Shown here: positions 1 through 8,559 of the stretch, piece by piece
Layout of the letters: the number at the start of each line of letters is the position of its first letter
How positions within the stretch are numbered: position 1 is the stretch's first letter
From: a virus
Direction: 5' to 3' (one strand)
Virus record (IMG/VR): IMGVR_UViG_3300013232_000036
Coordinates: 1-32,000 of that record
Length of the DNA stretch: 32,000 nucleotides
Notes under the pieces: model-generated
Told to the model about the DNA's origin: nothing
The model's input: only the letters and a program-made list of their open reading frames with translations
Databases searched by the model: none
Made by a program: the position numbers and the translations under genes

Positions 1-602
1 CAGGAGTCGGAAGCGCAGGAGACGGCCGACCAGGAGTGATGATCTTCGGGTTCCTGGGGCAGGCTACTTTGCAAGCCCCAGGAACCCTGTAGTACGGAGG
101 AAGTCTTCCACATGTCGACCACACCAGCAGTGTTGGACATGATGCTCTTCGAGGCCATGTTCTTGGCCGCGTCGGCGGTGCCCTTCGCCTTCTTGGCCGC
201 CGCGAAGCCTTCACGGGCCTGCTTGCCGGAGGCGACGTCGCCGACCGACTTGAGGAAGCCCTTCACCTTGCCGCCGGCACCTGCGGTCTTCTCGATCTCC
301 TTGAGCTCCTTGACGTAGGAGTGGGCCATCACGCGGCCGAGGTAGTCGGCCTCGGCGAGCTTCTCCTGGGCCTCCTCGTCGATCTCGGCCGAGGTCTTCT
401 CCTGGCCCTGATCGACGTCGTCGTCACCGGAGCCGTCGAGAACGGACTGGGCAACCGCCTCCAGGTCCTCCTCGGTCAGCCCGTCGGTGTCGATCTGGTC
501 GTCGTTGGCGAGGCCCTCTGCGAGCTCCGCTGCGGCGAGCTTCTCCAGGTCGGCGTCGGTGGTCTGGTTCGTTCCGTAGATTGCTGCGAGCTTGGGATCC
601 AT
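1..602 (-). CDS. acidic scaffold-like virion-module protein, partial (3' end not resolved inside window)
   Basis: ATG at 602-600; absent from the supplied ORF track because the frame runs off the window edge. Translation: MDPKLAAIYGTNQTTDADLEKLAAAELAEG...GDDDVDQGQEKTSAEIDEEAQEKLAEADYLGRVMAHSYVKELKEIEKTAGAGGKVKG. Very acidic and helical, directly downstream of the protease-like gene. Carries LEKLA (nt 534-548) and IEKTA (nt 282-296). Codon quality drops below about nt 120 and the frame runs through the 48-87 hairpin, so the true stop is uncertain. Confidence 0.55.
   Translation of the reverse strand, partial: MDPKLAAIYGTNQTTDADLEKLAAAELAEGLANDDQIDTDGLTEEDLEAVAQSVLDGSGDDDVDQGQEKTSAEIDEEAQEKLAEADYLGRVMAHSYVKELKEIEKTAGAGGKVKGFLKSVGDVASGKQAREGFAAAKKAKGTADAAKNMASKSIMSNTAGVVDMWKTSSVLQGSWGLQSSLPQEPEDHHSWSAVSCASDS
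48..87. repeat. 13-bp perfect inverted repeat (GGGTTCCTGGGGC / GCCCCAGGAACCC) with 14-nt loop; terminator-like hairpin
   Basis: Arms at nt 48-60 and 75-87 are exact reverse complements. No U-tract follows on either strand. A plus-strand frame ends with tandem TGA TGA at 37-42, just upstream. Confidence 0.8.
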
Positions 603-656
603 GTGTTGTTCTCCGTCGGTTTTGAACAGCGTTTGGGTGAGTGGCCGTCTTCGAGG

Positions 657-2288
657 TCAGAACCTCTGGGCCGAAGGATCCTCATCCGTGAGGAGTCCAT
701 GGTTGTTCGCCGCAATCACTTCTGCAACTGCGGTGGTTGAAAGCAGGCCACGATCCGAGAAATGAGCGCCCGTCATGTAGGCTACCGAGTCGTGGGTCAC
801 GATGGGGGCGGCGCTGGCAGTCTTCGCGAACATGTTCACCAGTCCATCTCCCAGAACGACTTCCCGCAACTTTGGGTCACTCTGCACCATCTCTGTTGCC
901 TGCGACATCTTCATCATCAACTCACGCCGGTAACCATTGTATGCGGCGCTGATCTTGTCTAGCAGAGAATGCTTGACGGTTGAGGGTGTGGGAAGAGCGT
1001 TTTTTGCCTCCTTCTCGAAAGAGGCGGTTCGAAGCAAGAACGAAGACCCGAAAGCAGTCCTATCCTTCACCAGATCGCTCAGGAGAGGAACAACTGTCTT
1101 TCGAGCGTCTTCGTCGAACTCGATGAGAGAGTGAGAGACCGAGGCGACCTTCTGGAAGACCTGGTTGTGGTGGAGGAAGTCGTCCGCCGCTTCCACCTCT
1201 CCCATCTTCGTGAGCACCAGATGTTGGAACTCCTCTGGCTTGAGCACGAAGCCCATTGAGGAGACGGCACCCAGAACAGCCGACAGAGGGTGGGCCGACA
1301 TCTTCTTCAGCTTGGCAGCCGGGATGGTCGGTTCCTTCTTCTCCAGACCCTGGAGCTTCTTCATCGCGAAGGAGCCGCTCGGGACGCTCTTCAGGATCTC
1401 GGCGAACTTCTTCTGCGCCGTCTTGGGCTTGCCGAACGCCTCAGCCAGCTTCTCCATGTCTTCTGCGATCTCGACGGAGGCCACCTTCTGCATCCCCATG
1501 CCGGCGTAGAACTGAGCCCCGGCATCAGCGGAGAGTACACCAGAGTAGCTCGGGACCCACAGCCTTGAGGAGGCCAGCTTCATCATCACCTTGGCGGTCT
1601 TGTCGGCTCCAATGAAGACGAAGCTGATGTCGAAGAACCGGGGGAGGGTGTTGATGACGTAGATCTTCCGGCCGTCCTTCAGGATCTTGTTCGGGCCGTA
1701 CTTCTCCCTGTCTTCCGGACCAGGGCGCATGTGCTTGCAGTAGTCGTCCTTCGTCTTGCTGTGGTTCCCACAGATGGAGCAGACGTCGAAGGGCACCTTG
1801 CAGCCCATCGAGACATCCGGGAACTCTCCGGCGTCGATGCGGCTGATGATGCCGTCCGCCTGCTCCAGCTTCGCCTTCTCCCTGTCGAGCTTGATGACGA
1901 GCTCGACCCTCTTCATCCGAGGGTTCAGGACTGAGACGATGGGGACGCCGAACGCCCGCTCCGGGTCCTTGTTCTTGTGGTGGGAGAAGGCGTGGGCAGC
2001 AAGGAAGGTCTTGTACCCGTAGTCGTCACCCTCATGAGCCAGGGCGTTCCACGGGAAGTAGTCGGCGTTGATGTTGGAGCCGAAGAACTCGCCAGCCCCC
2101 AGGGCGTTCACCAGGACGTAGCAGTACTTCTCACGATCAGCCTTGCTGATGCCAGAGACAGCCCTCTTGAGCTCATCCCCTGTGTCAGCGAAGGGTGAGG
2201 CTCCGGCGGTCTTCTCCATGCTCCCGAACAGGGACTGGGCGAAGATGCCGGACTCGGTCCTTCCCTGGAACTGGAGATGCTTGATCAT
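657..2288 (-). CDS. putative prohead maturation protease (HK97/XkdF-like serine protease core) with long helical C-terminal extension
   Basis: 543-aa ORF. The blocks AHAFSHHKNKDPERAFG and GEFPDVSMGCKVPFDVCSICGNHSKTKDDYCKH resemble, from memory and unverified, the His block and Ser-x-G block of prohead serine proteases. Gene order is protease then acidic scaffold-like ORF. N-terminus carries FGSMEKTAG. Confidence 0.45.
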   Translation of the reverse strand: MIKHLQFQGRTESGIFAQSLFGSMEKTAGASPFADTGDELKRAVSGISKADREKYCYVLVNALGAGEFFGSNINADYFPWNALAHEGDDYGYKTFLAAHAFSHHKNKDPERAFGVPIVSVLNPRMKRVELVIKLDREKAKLEQADGIISRIDAGEFPDVSMGCKVPFDVCSICGNHSKTKDDYCKHMRPGPEDREKYGPNKILKDGRKIYVINTLPRFFDISFVFIGADKTAKVMMKLASSRLWVPSYSGVLSADAGAQFYAGMGMQKVASVEIAEDMEKLAEAFGKPKTAQKKFAEILKSVPSGSFAMKKLQGLEKKEPTIPAAKLKKMSAHPLSAVLGAVSSMGFVLKPEEFQHLVLTKMGEVEAADDFLHHNQVFQKVASVSHSLIEFDEDARKTVVPLLSDLVKDRTAFGSSFLLRTASFEKEAKNALPTPSTVKHSLLDKISAAYNGYRRELMMKMSQATEMVQSDPKLREVVLGDGLVNMFAKTASAAPIVTHDSVAYMTGAHFSDRGLLSTTAVAEVIAANNHGLLTDEDPSAQRF

Positions 2289-2294
2289 GAGGTG

Positions 2295-2861
2295 TTACTT
2301 CTCCGACTTCCCGGAGTTGAGGTCTGCCTTCGACGAGCCGAAGCTGAACTGCTTGCCCTTGGCCTCGCGGAGCGTCTTCCGGGCGTTCAGGAGGTCCTTG
2401 ATGACCGTCACCTGGTTCTCGGGGATCTCCGACATCGACTTGAGGATCTGCCCACCCAGCATCGGGTCGGCGGTGAACTCCGGGGCGTACCGGTGGAGGG
2501 TGTTGAAGGAGTTCAGCAGCGTCTTCTTGTCCACCGAGCGCTGGAGCTCCGGGTTGTTCAGCATGATGGCCCGGAAGTTCTTGCCCTTGGTGAGGCCCCT
2601 CTTGGCGGCGTCGTAGAGGTCACCCGCCACCGACGCCCCCAGGCCAGAAAGGGCGGCCCCTGCCACACCCAGGCCGAACTTCCCCCAGTCCGCACCGGCC
2701 ATCTTCTCCATGGTGTGGTTGGTGATGTGGGAGATGTCGTTCTTCAGCTCGTCGGCGAAATCCGACTCCCACCGCTCCAGGACGAAGAGGGCGTTGGCCG
2801 TCTTCTCGACGGCGGCTGGATCGGCCTCGAAGGCTGCTGCGAGGAGTTCGTTGGCGTTCAT
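2295..2861 (-). CDS. hypothetical virion-module protein
   Basis: 188-aa ORF, 6 nt from the next gene. Contains VEKTA and MEKMA motifs and a Gly/Ala hydrophobic segment GLGVAGAALSGLGASVAG. Confidence 0.7.
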   Translation of the reverse strand: MNANELLAAAFEADPAAVEKTANALFVLERWESDFADELKNDISHITNHTMEKMAGADWGKFGLGVAGAALSGLGASVAGDLYDAAKRGLTKGKNFRAIMLNNPELQRSVDKKTLLNSFNTLHRYAPEFTADPMLGGQILKSMSEIPENQVTVIKDLLNARKTLREAKGKQFSFGSSKADLNSGKSEK

Positions 2862-2862
2862 G

Positions 2863-3117
2863 TCAGGCCCCTGGGGGAGTGGGTGGTCTCCCGAGCAACT
2901 GCTGCTGGGAGTTCGGGTCGAACCCGGATTTGAATTCCTTCGTCTTCTGGGTCACTGCCTGACCTGCAGACAGCCCCGTCATCGCCACACCCGCCGTCGC
3001 CAACGGGTTCTTGAGCATCTTCGACCCCACCGCACCAAGGAGGCCGGCCTCCTTCACCTGGGCGACAGCGCGGAGCTGAGCAGCCCGAGCCGCCAGCTTG
3101 GTGAGGTGCTTGAGCAT
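2863..3117 (-). CDS. small hypothetical protein, Gly/Ala-rich hydrophobic
   Basis: 84-aa ORF packed between neighbours (1-nt and 6-nt gaps). Sequence: MLKHLTKLAARAAQL...GLLGAVGSKMLKNPLATAGVAMTGLSAGQAV. Confidence 0.6.
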   Translation of the reverse strand: MLKHLTKLAARAAQLRAVAQVKEAGLLGAVGSKMLKNPLATAGVAMTGLSAGQAVTQKTKEFKSGFDPNSQQQLLGRPPTPPGA

Positions 3118-3123
3118 GTTGCC

Positions 3124-4083
3124 TCAGACCTTCTGGAGAGCGGTCTTGATGTAGTCGTTCACCTTGCCCAGCTCGGCGTCGACTTCCTTGAGGCCGTGGG
3201 CGATCTTCTCGATCTCGTTGGCGGAGGCCCGGATGGTGCCGGCCGTCTGCACCAGAGGGTGGTCCGGGTTGATGGAGCGGTGGGCCACCTTCTCCAGCCC
3301 CTTCATGTGCTCCTTCAGGACCTGCACGCTGGCCACCTTCTCGGTGACGAGGCGCATGATGACGGGGGTGAGGATGGTGTTCGTCTGGGTGGCGTTCCCA
3401 CCGGAGGCAGAGGCGGCCTTCGAGATGTCGGCGAAGGAGCCCCCGTTCAGGATGTGGCGCTTGGAGAGCTCGTAGAACTCCTCCGAGGCCTCCTTGTGCA
3501 TCAGGTCGAACTGTTCGCCGGCTGAGCTGAGGTGGTCGCGGAGACCCTTGAGCTGGTCCTTGGCGCTCATCACCTCGCTGATGGCCGTGTCCTTGGAGAA
3601 CGTCAGGTCTTCGGCCGTCTTGGCGGTGAACATCTCCTCGAACGCCTTCTCGGCGACTGACCTGGCGGAGCCGGCGGAGGCCGTCTTCACCATCGAGGTC
3701 TTCTCCTTCTTCTCCGGCTGCTTGCTGTAGTCGGAGTCCACCTTGGTGGTGATGGTGGACTTGGTGCCGTCCGAGAGCTCCTGGACAACACGATTGGGGT
3801 CAGCCAGGTCGAACTCGGGGTAGCTCTCCTTCGCCCCAGCCGTCTTCGACTGGTCGTGCTTCGCCAGGTAGACCGCCGTGTTGGCGAACTCGCAGATCCG
3901 CTTGATCTGCTCCTGGTTGATGTCATCATGGGCAGCGGCCAGCTTGGAGACGCTCTCGTTGAGAGAGATCCCCTTGTCCATGTAGATGTTGGCAGCCTGC
4001 TTGCCCATCAGCTCCAACACGTCCGGAGAGATGTTCGCGTGCTTCTCATCCCTGGCCAAGTCGGAAGAAAGCTTGTCAATCAT
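3124..4083 (-). CDS. hypothetical helical protein (scaffold- or internal-protein-like)
   Basis: The ORF track starts at GTG 4104. ATG at 4083-4081 (MIDKLSSDLARDEK...) has a GAGGGAG Shine-Dalgarno-like element upstream, so I prefer it. Contains SKTAG, VKTAS, LEKVA and IEKIA motifs. Confidence 0.7.
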   Translation of the reverse strand: MIDKLSSDLARDEKHANISPDVLELMGKQAANIYMDKGISLNESVSKLAAAHDDINQEQIKRICEFANTAVYLAKHDQSKTAGAKESYPEFDLADPNRVVQELSDGTKSTITTKVDSDYSKQPEKKEKTSMVKTASAGSARSVAEKAFEEMFTAKTAEDLTFSKDTAISEVMSAKDQLKGLRDHLSSAGEQFDLMHKEASEEFYELSKRHILNGGSFADISKAASASGGNATQTNTILTPVIMRLVTEKVASVQVLKEHMKGLEKVAHRSINPDHPLVQTAGTIRASANEIEKIAHGLKEVDAELGKVNDYIKTALQKV

Positions 4084-4148
4084 GGGTCGTAGACTCCCTC
4101 GCACCAGAGATGGTGTAGCGGGTTCAGAGTAGACTCTCAGGAGGCCAC
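4084..4148. promoter_or_regulatory. divergent intergenic region with duplicated GTAGACTC octamer and AGAGT-ag-ACTCT palindrome
   Basis: GTAGACTC occurs at 4089-4096 and 4129-4136. The palindrome at 4126-4137 abuts the AGGAGG ribosome-binding site of the HTH gene. Confidence 0.35.
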
Positions 4149-4862
4149 ATGGGAAGCGCCTTTTACTCGTTCGATGAAGCTGCCAGTCGTCTTGGCCGGG
4201 CCAAACGCTCAGTCCACGACTACGTGAAGAAGGGGTTCATCAAGAAGCGCATCGAGCACGGAGTCCCTGTACTCGACAAATCAGATGTCGACCAGCTTGC
4301 TGTTGAGCTCGGTGTGGACCTGCCGGCCATGAACCGGCACTCGTTCTTCCAGATGCAGTCCCGTCTTCAGAAGATGGAAGAGCAGATGAAGGCGGTGATG
4401 CACGCCTTGGAGCTCAGGGATGCACCCCCACTTCGCCCAGATGCCGCCATGGCACAGGGTCTCATCTCGGCCGTCACCACCTACATCCACATCGAGGGCA
4501 AGGAGACTCACTGGAACGACGCCTTCATGGAGCAGTGGATCGACATCCTGGAGAGGGTCGATGAGGAGACCCTGAACACTCTGGCGCAGGCCTCTGGGAA
4601 CCCACAGGCCTGGACTCACTTCTTCAGGTTCTGCGTGGCCATGCTGGACTTCTGCGTGGCCCAGGACATCAAGACCCCCTCCGTGACCTGGCAGTTGAGG
4701 GCAGGGAGGCTGGAGGCGGCCCGGAAGCGGCTCCGGGCGGTGGTTGTCACCTGGGTCGAGATGGGTCGTGGTACCTTTCCGGAGGCTCTCCTGGACACCC
4801 TGGGGACTCCCAGGGAGGCGCTCCTCCGCCAGGTAGCAAAAGGGGGAAGGGGCTCGGCATAA
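4149..4862 (+). CDS. helix-turn-helix DNA-binding protein (MerR/excisionase-type HTH at N-terminus), putative regulator
   Basis: AGGAGG lies 4 nt upstream of the ATG. The N-terminus YSFDEAASRLGRAKRSVHDYVKKGFIKK matches the typical HTH_17-like pattern. Confidence 0.65.
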   Translation: MGSAFYSFDEAASRLGRAKRSVHDYVKKGFIKKRIEHGVPVLDKSDVDQLAVELGVDLPAMNRHSFFQMQSRLQKMEEQMKAVMHALELRDAPPLRPDAAMAQGLISAVTTYIHIEGKETHWNDAFMEQWIDILERVDEETLNTLAQASGNPQAWTHFFRFCVAMLDFCVAQDIKTPSVTWQLRAGRLEAARKRLRAVVVTWVEMGRGTFPEALLDTLGTPREALLRQVAKGGRGSA

Positions 4863-4925
4863 GGGTTTAGAACCAAGAGATATCCTTTTGGTCCTATCCC
4901 CCAAAGGGGAGGAGAGCACCCGATC

Positions 4926-5465
4926 ATGACCAACCCCCAGAAGCAGCAGCACCCGCAGCACCAGCAGGCGCAGCACCAGCAGTCTGCTCCCGAGGCCGTC
5001 GTCCTGGAGGTCAACACCTCCTCGACTCCCGCCCCGGTGGCCTCCGAGGCCATCCAGGTCCCGGCCCGCCCCAACGGTGCCGTCCCGACCGGGCCCCAGC
5101 AGTACGCCCACCCGCAGGTGGTTCCGGCTGACCAGTTCCGGGTCATCGCCGGGCAGGGCAAGCAGATGGTCATCGACACCGGCACGCACCCGGGCATGAC
5201 CGAGTTCTACGCCAAGATGGCCGAGGCCAACGGGTTCCACGCCCAGGCCGCCGCCATCCGTGGCCGCCAGCTCGACACGAGCACCAGCGCCAGCTTCGGC
5301 CGGCTGATGGACAAACGCATCGAGGTCAAGGACGTGGTGTACGTCGTCCTCGGCGCGACGCTCGCGGTCCTCTTCTGGGAGGGCCTGGCGTTCAAGTTCG
5401 ACCTCCCGCGCATGGGCTGGTTCGATCCGGCCAACCCGACCGACATGGTGAAGCTGAAGAAGTAA
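4926..5465 (+). CDS. hypothetical membrane protein with Q/H-rich N-terminus and C-terminal transmembrane helix
   Basis: GGAGGAG upstream. N-terminus MTNPQKQQHPQHQQAQHQQ. Hydrophobic VVYVVLGATLAVLFWEGLAF near the C-terminus. Confidence 0.6.
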   Translation: MTNPQKQQHPQHQQAQHQQSAPEAVVLEVNTSSTPAPVASEAIQVPARPNGAVPTGPQQYAHPQVVPADQFRVIAGQGKQMVIDTGTHPGMTEFYAKMAEANGFHAQAAAIRGRQLDTSTSASFGRLMDKRIEVKDVVYVVLGATLAVLFWEGLAFKFDLPRMGWFDPANPTDMVKLKK

Positions 5466-5479
5466 CCAGAAGGACGGAG

Positions 5480-5509
5480 GGGAGCGGCCAACACGGCCGC
5501 TTCCTTTTA
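5480..5509 (+). terminator. rho-independent-type terminator between convergent genes
   Basis: Stem AGCGGCC (5483-5489) / GGCCGCT (5495-5501), extendable by G-C pairs. Loop AACAC. Followed by TCCTTTT. Confidence 0.6.
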
Positions 5510-7372
5510 GTCCTCAGAGACTGCCGAGTTCGTCTTTGCCTGTGGGTTGAGGACGTCGAAGCGGGGGATCTTCAGCATCGAGACCAGGAAGCAGAGCAGG
5601 ATGGAGTGGAAGGAGTCGTCCGTGCAGTCGGGGCTCTTCTTGTACTGAATCTGCCGGGTCTGCTCGTTGTACTCCGAGAAGATGTTCAGGAAGTCCTTCG
5701 AGAACGGATCTTCGAACTGGTCCCAGTCCGGGAAGCGGAACACGTCACGCCGCTTGATGGCGTTGAACATGTCGGACATCACCTCGGTGCGGTGGACCAG
5801 GAAGCGGTGGAGGTTCTCTTCCCACTTCACCTTGGTAGCCGGCTGCGAGTACTGGTACTTCCAGATCTTGTCCCTGCCGAACTTCCGCTGCAGGTGATCG
5901 TTGCGATCGAAGCCACCGCCGTAGTCCGTCCCCACCACCTTCACGCCCCAGTTCCGGATGATGGTCTCGATGAGATCGAGCTGCACCTGCGGCTCCATCT
6001 CTGGACCCTCGAACCGGTGGATGTAGAAGATGGTGAACTTCTCGTTGATGTACGCCCCGAGAGACAGCACCGTGAAGGTGTTCTCACCCGTGCCCCAGTC
6101 GATGCCTGCGAAGATGGGGGAGGCGTGACCGAGGTGCGACTTGATCTTCATGACCTGGGCTTCGGTCATCAGCAGGCCCGGCTCGCAGTTGTCGATGACG
6201 TCCTGGCGGGTGAGGGGCCTGGTGCCTGAGTCGTAGGAGAGACCGAGCACCTCGTTGTGGAAGACAGCCTGAGACTGCTTGGTCCTCTTGTCGAGGAGCT
6301 CGTGCCAGTCGAGCCACGGCACCATGAGCTGAGGGACCCGGTAGCCCTCGAACGGCTGCTTCAGCTTCTTGTAGACGCCGGGGTTCATCGACGCCCACTG
6401 GGCGTGAGGGTGGATCGAGTTGATGGGCCCGCCGCACTTCGAGCAGATGAGCCCTTCGAGGCCCATGTTCTCTTCGCCGAGGATGTTCCAGAACCAGGTG
6501 CTCGGGTCTCCTGGAACGCCGTGGCGCTCACACGGAACGACCCACTCGTTCTGGGTGGACTGCTCCGTCCAGTACTTCTCCAGCGGGTTGTCGAGGGACT
6601 TGGGCGTGCCGGAGTAGAGGAAGAGCTTGTACGAGGAGTGGGAGGCGCACTCTTCGATGACCGGAAGGTTGTCGGTGATGATGTCCTGGATCTCGTCCAC
6701 CAGGATGAAGTCGGCCGGGATACCACGGACGCGGTCGGCGTTGTGGTAGGCGTACCTGAGGGTGATCTGGCTTCGGTTGACGAACTTCTTGAGGAAGACG
6801 TTGTCGCTGAGCTTCGAGGTCGTCCAGGCCTTCAGACGTTCAGACGTCTCCACCGGCTCCCTCAGACGATCCTGACTGAAGGTCTTCGTCTGGAGGTTGG
6901 TCGGGGAGACGTAGAGAACGTTGAAGGAGTTGATGATGGCGCAGTACGAAAGGCACTTGTTCCCGAGGAGCGTGCTCTTCTCGACCTGGCGTCCACACTT
7001 CAGCAGCACTCTCTTCGTCGGGGTGTCGTACGGGAGCCGCAGGTACTTGCGCTGATCGAACGAGAAGGGGACCCTCTTCTGCAGGACCTTGTCGGGGACG
7101 GTGATCGCGAACTCGACGAACTTCGACGGGGCGACGTGGATGAGCTCCGCCTGCTTCTTGGCGACGACATCCTCGTCGATGAGAGCGTCATCGACCTCCG
7201 GCTCGTAGTCCCACTCCTCTGGGATCTCTGGTTCTCCGCTCTCCGAGATGACGACGTTGTTGACGAACTTTCGCTTGTACTCTTCCGCCGAGACTACATT
7301 CCCACCTGAGACAACGAACATGAGTTCCTCTAGAGCTCCACCACCGTTGGCCTGGCTCTCTTCGTTCTGCAC
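5507..7372 (-). CDS. terL: terminase large subunit
   Basis: Walker A-like LKCGRQVEKST, Walker B-like DFILVDEIQD, Cys pair CSKCGG, C-terminal nuclease-like blocks FAGIDWGTGEN and VGTDYGGGFD. The track start is GTG 7372; an alternative ATG at 7321 (MFVVSGG) has GAGGA upstream. Confidence 0.85.
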   Translation of the reverse strand: MQNEESQANGGGALEELMFVVSGGNVVSAEEYKRKFVNNVVISESGEPEIPEEWDYEPEVDDALIDEDVVAKKQAELIHVAPSKFVEFAITVPDKVLQKRVPFSFDQRKYLRLPYDTPTKRVLLKCGRQVEKSTLLGNKCLSYCAIINSFNVLYVSPTNLQTKTFSQDRLREPVETSERLKAWTTSKLSDNVFLKKFVNRSQITLRYAYHNADRVRGIPADFILVDEIQDIITDNLPVIEECASHSSYKLFLYSGTPKSLDNPLEKYWTEQSTQNEWVVPCERHGVPGDPSTWFWNILGEENMGLEGLICSKCGGPINSIHPHAQWASMNPGVYKKLKQPFEGYRVPQLMVPWLDWHELLDKRTKQSQAVFHNEVLGLSYDSGTRPLTRQDVIDNCEPGLLMTEAQVMKIKSHLGHASPIFAGIDWGTGENTFTVLSLGAYINEKFTIFYIHRFEGPEMEPQVQLDLIETIIRNWGVKVVGTDYGGGFDRNDHLQRKFGRDKIWKYQYSQPATKVKWEENLHRFLVHRTEVMSDMFNAIKRRDVFRFPDWDQFEDPFSKDFLNIFSEYNEQTRQIQYKKSPDCTDDSFHSILLCFLVSMLKIPRFDVLNPQAKTNSAVSED

Positions 7373-7400
7373 CTCTACTGGTGCAGCTCTTGGCCAACCT

Positions 7401-7631
7401 ATGGTCTTCGATGTTCAACCGACCGTCAACCCACTCGTGTACAAGGTCACTGTCACCTGGCCTGAGAAGGTAGCAGGTTCTCTCTCGAATCAGGTGTGGA
7501 ACTTGATGCAGATGTGGATGACGACAAACGACTGCGTGCAGAACGGCGGAGTCATTCTCACAGGTACTTCCCTCACGGCGCAGATCATCGTCAAGCGTCG
7601 AATGGGCAATCCCAAGAACGAGTCTCCTTGA
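7401..7631 (+). CDS. possible small ORF (76 aa) in the terminase/rnhB divergent region
   Basis: MVFDVQPTVNPLVYKVTVTWPEKVAGSLSNQVWNLMQMWMTTNDCVQNGGVILTGTSLTAQIIVKRRMGNPKNESP. Protein-like composition and no competing gene, but no clear Shine-Dalgarno and locally lower GC. It could instead be non-coding regulatory DNA. Confidence 0.3.
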   Translation: MVFDVQPTVNPLVYKVTVTWPEKVAGSLSNQVWNLMQMWMTTNDCVQNGGVILTGTSLTAQIIVKRRMGNPKNESP

Positions 7632-7659
7632 GGAATAAGGAGCTAGGAGGAAACACCTT

Positions 7660-8301
7660 ATGGCTGACACCATTCGAGGGGGTCTCGATGAGGTTGGTTG
7701 GGGCGCTCTTGCCGGCCCGGTCATCTCTGTCGTTGCCCTCCTGCAGGACTCCGCAGTCCCGATGCTCCCACCAGGGGTGAAGGACTCGAAGAAGACGACG
7801 GAGGCCCAGAGAAGCGCTCTGTACCTTCCGTTGTGCAGGATCGTCGTAGACGTTGGGATCGGGCACGCCTGGCCATGGGAGATGGACCAGTACGGCGCAG
7901 GCGTCGCTCTTCAGCTCTCGTACAAGAGGGCGCTGGAGGATCTCACCGTCGCTGTCCCGGAGATTCTCTACGTGGACGGCAGCAACCCAGTGAAGGCCTG
8001 GAAGGGCCAGCAGATCGTCGAACCGAAGGCGGACGACACGTACAAGCAGGTGTCCATCGCCAGCATCATCGCGAAGCACATCAGGGACACCATGATGATC
8101 GACTACGCCAGGGAGCGCCGCCAGAAGGGGCTCCACGACTACGGGTGGGAGCGGAACAAGGGCTACGGCTCCCAAGATCACATGGAAGCGATCGAGAAGT
8201 ACGGAATCATCATCGACGCGAACGACAAGACCACAAGCCACAGCGGCTACCTGCACCGTCAGGTGTACTGCCGCAACATGAGAAAAGGGAAAGGAGGGTG
8301 A
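7660..8301 (+). CDS. rnhB: ribonuclease HII
   Basis: AGGAGG upstream. Motifs GLDEVGWGALAGPV, DSKK, ASIIAKHIRD and NKGYGSQDH match RNase HII catalytic and substrate blocks. Confidence 0.85.
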   Translation: MADTIRGGLDEVGWGALAGPVISVVALLQDSAVPMLPPGVKDSKKTTEAQRSALYLPLCRIVVDVGIGHAWPWEMDQYGAGVALQLSYKRALEDLTVAVPEILYVDGSNPVKAWKGQQIVEPKADDTYKQVSIASIIAKHIRDTMMIDYARERRQKGLHDYGWERNKGYGSQDHMEAIEKYGIIIDANDKTTSHSGYLHRQVYCRNMRKGKGG

Positions 8302-8559
8302 ATGCTGGACAGCAAGATGCAATGCCTCTGCTGCGATCGAGTCGTCTTGGTTGACTCGGAGAAGTGGAAGGCGAAGGAGATGCCCGTCGCCCTGTGCCCG
8401 GAGTGCGCCAGGACAGTGCCGATGGCCACGGTGAAGGTGCTCTACGTGATGCGATCTCAGATCGCGACGATGTCGAACGAGCTGCAGCTCATCAAGAAGG
8501 ACATCGGAAGACTCTTCAAGGCGCAGGAAGAACTGGAACAGGACCTGGTGGCCGCATGA
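8302..8559 (+). CDS. small zinc-ribbon plus coiled-coil protein
   Basis: ATG follows the rnhB TGA with no spacer (GTGAATG). CLCC...(21 aa)...CPEC, followed by a heptad-like tail QIATMSNELQLIKKDIGRLFKAQEELEQDL. Confidence 0.65.
   Translation: MLDSKMQCLCCDRVVLVDSEKWKAKEMPVALCPECARTVPMATVKVLYVMRSQIATMSNELQLIKKDIGRLFKAQEELEQDLVAA

Noticed and set aside
4863-4925. Imperfect hairpin CCTTTTGG...CCAAAGG after the HTH gene, as a possible terminator
   Set aside because: The stem needs a bulge, the loop is 9 nt and no U-tract follows. Instead it runs into the GGAGGAG ribosome-binding site of the next gene, so the two genes are probably co-transcribed.
4281-5240. 319-aa and 193-aa minus-strand ORFs overlapping the two plus-strand genes at 4149-5465
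   Set aside because: Their composition is G/R/P/L-rich junk. The plus-strand ORFs have Shine-Dalgarno sites, an HTH motif and a downstream terminator.
7188-8354. ORFs 7188-7724 (-), 7591-8322 (-) and 7698-8354 (+) overlapping rnhB
   Set aside because: They are R/P/G-rich translations, whereas the 7660-8301 frame carries clear RNase HII motifs and a strong ribosome-binding site.
8364-8555. N-terminal extensions of track ORFs: 8364-8972 (Nudix), 10116-11129 (HExxH protein), 28339-29019 (TTG start)
   Set aside because: The extensions overlap the preceding genes and translate to R/G-rich sequence. The internal ATGs coincide with stop/start coupling and give sensible N-termini.
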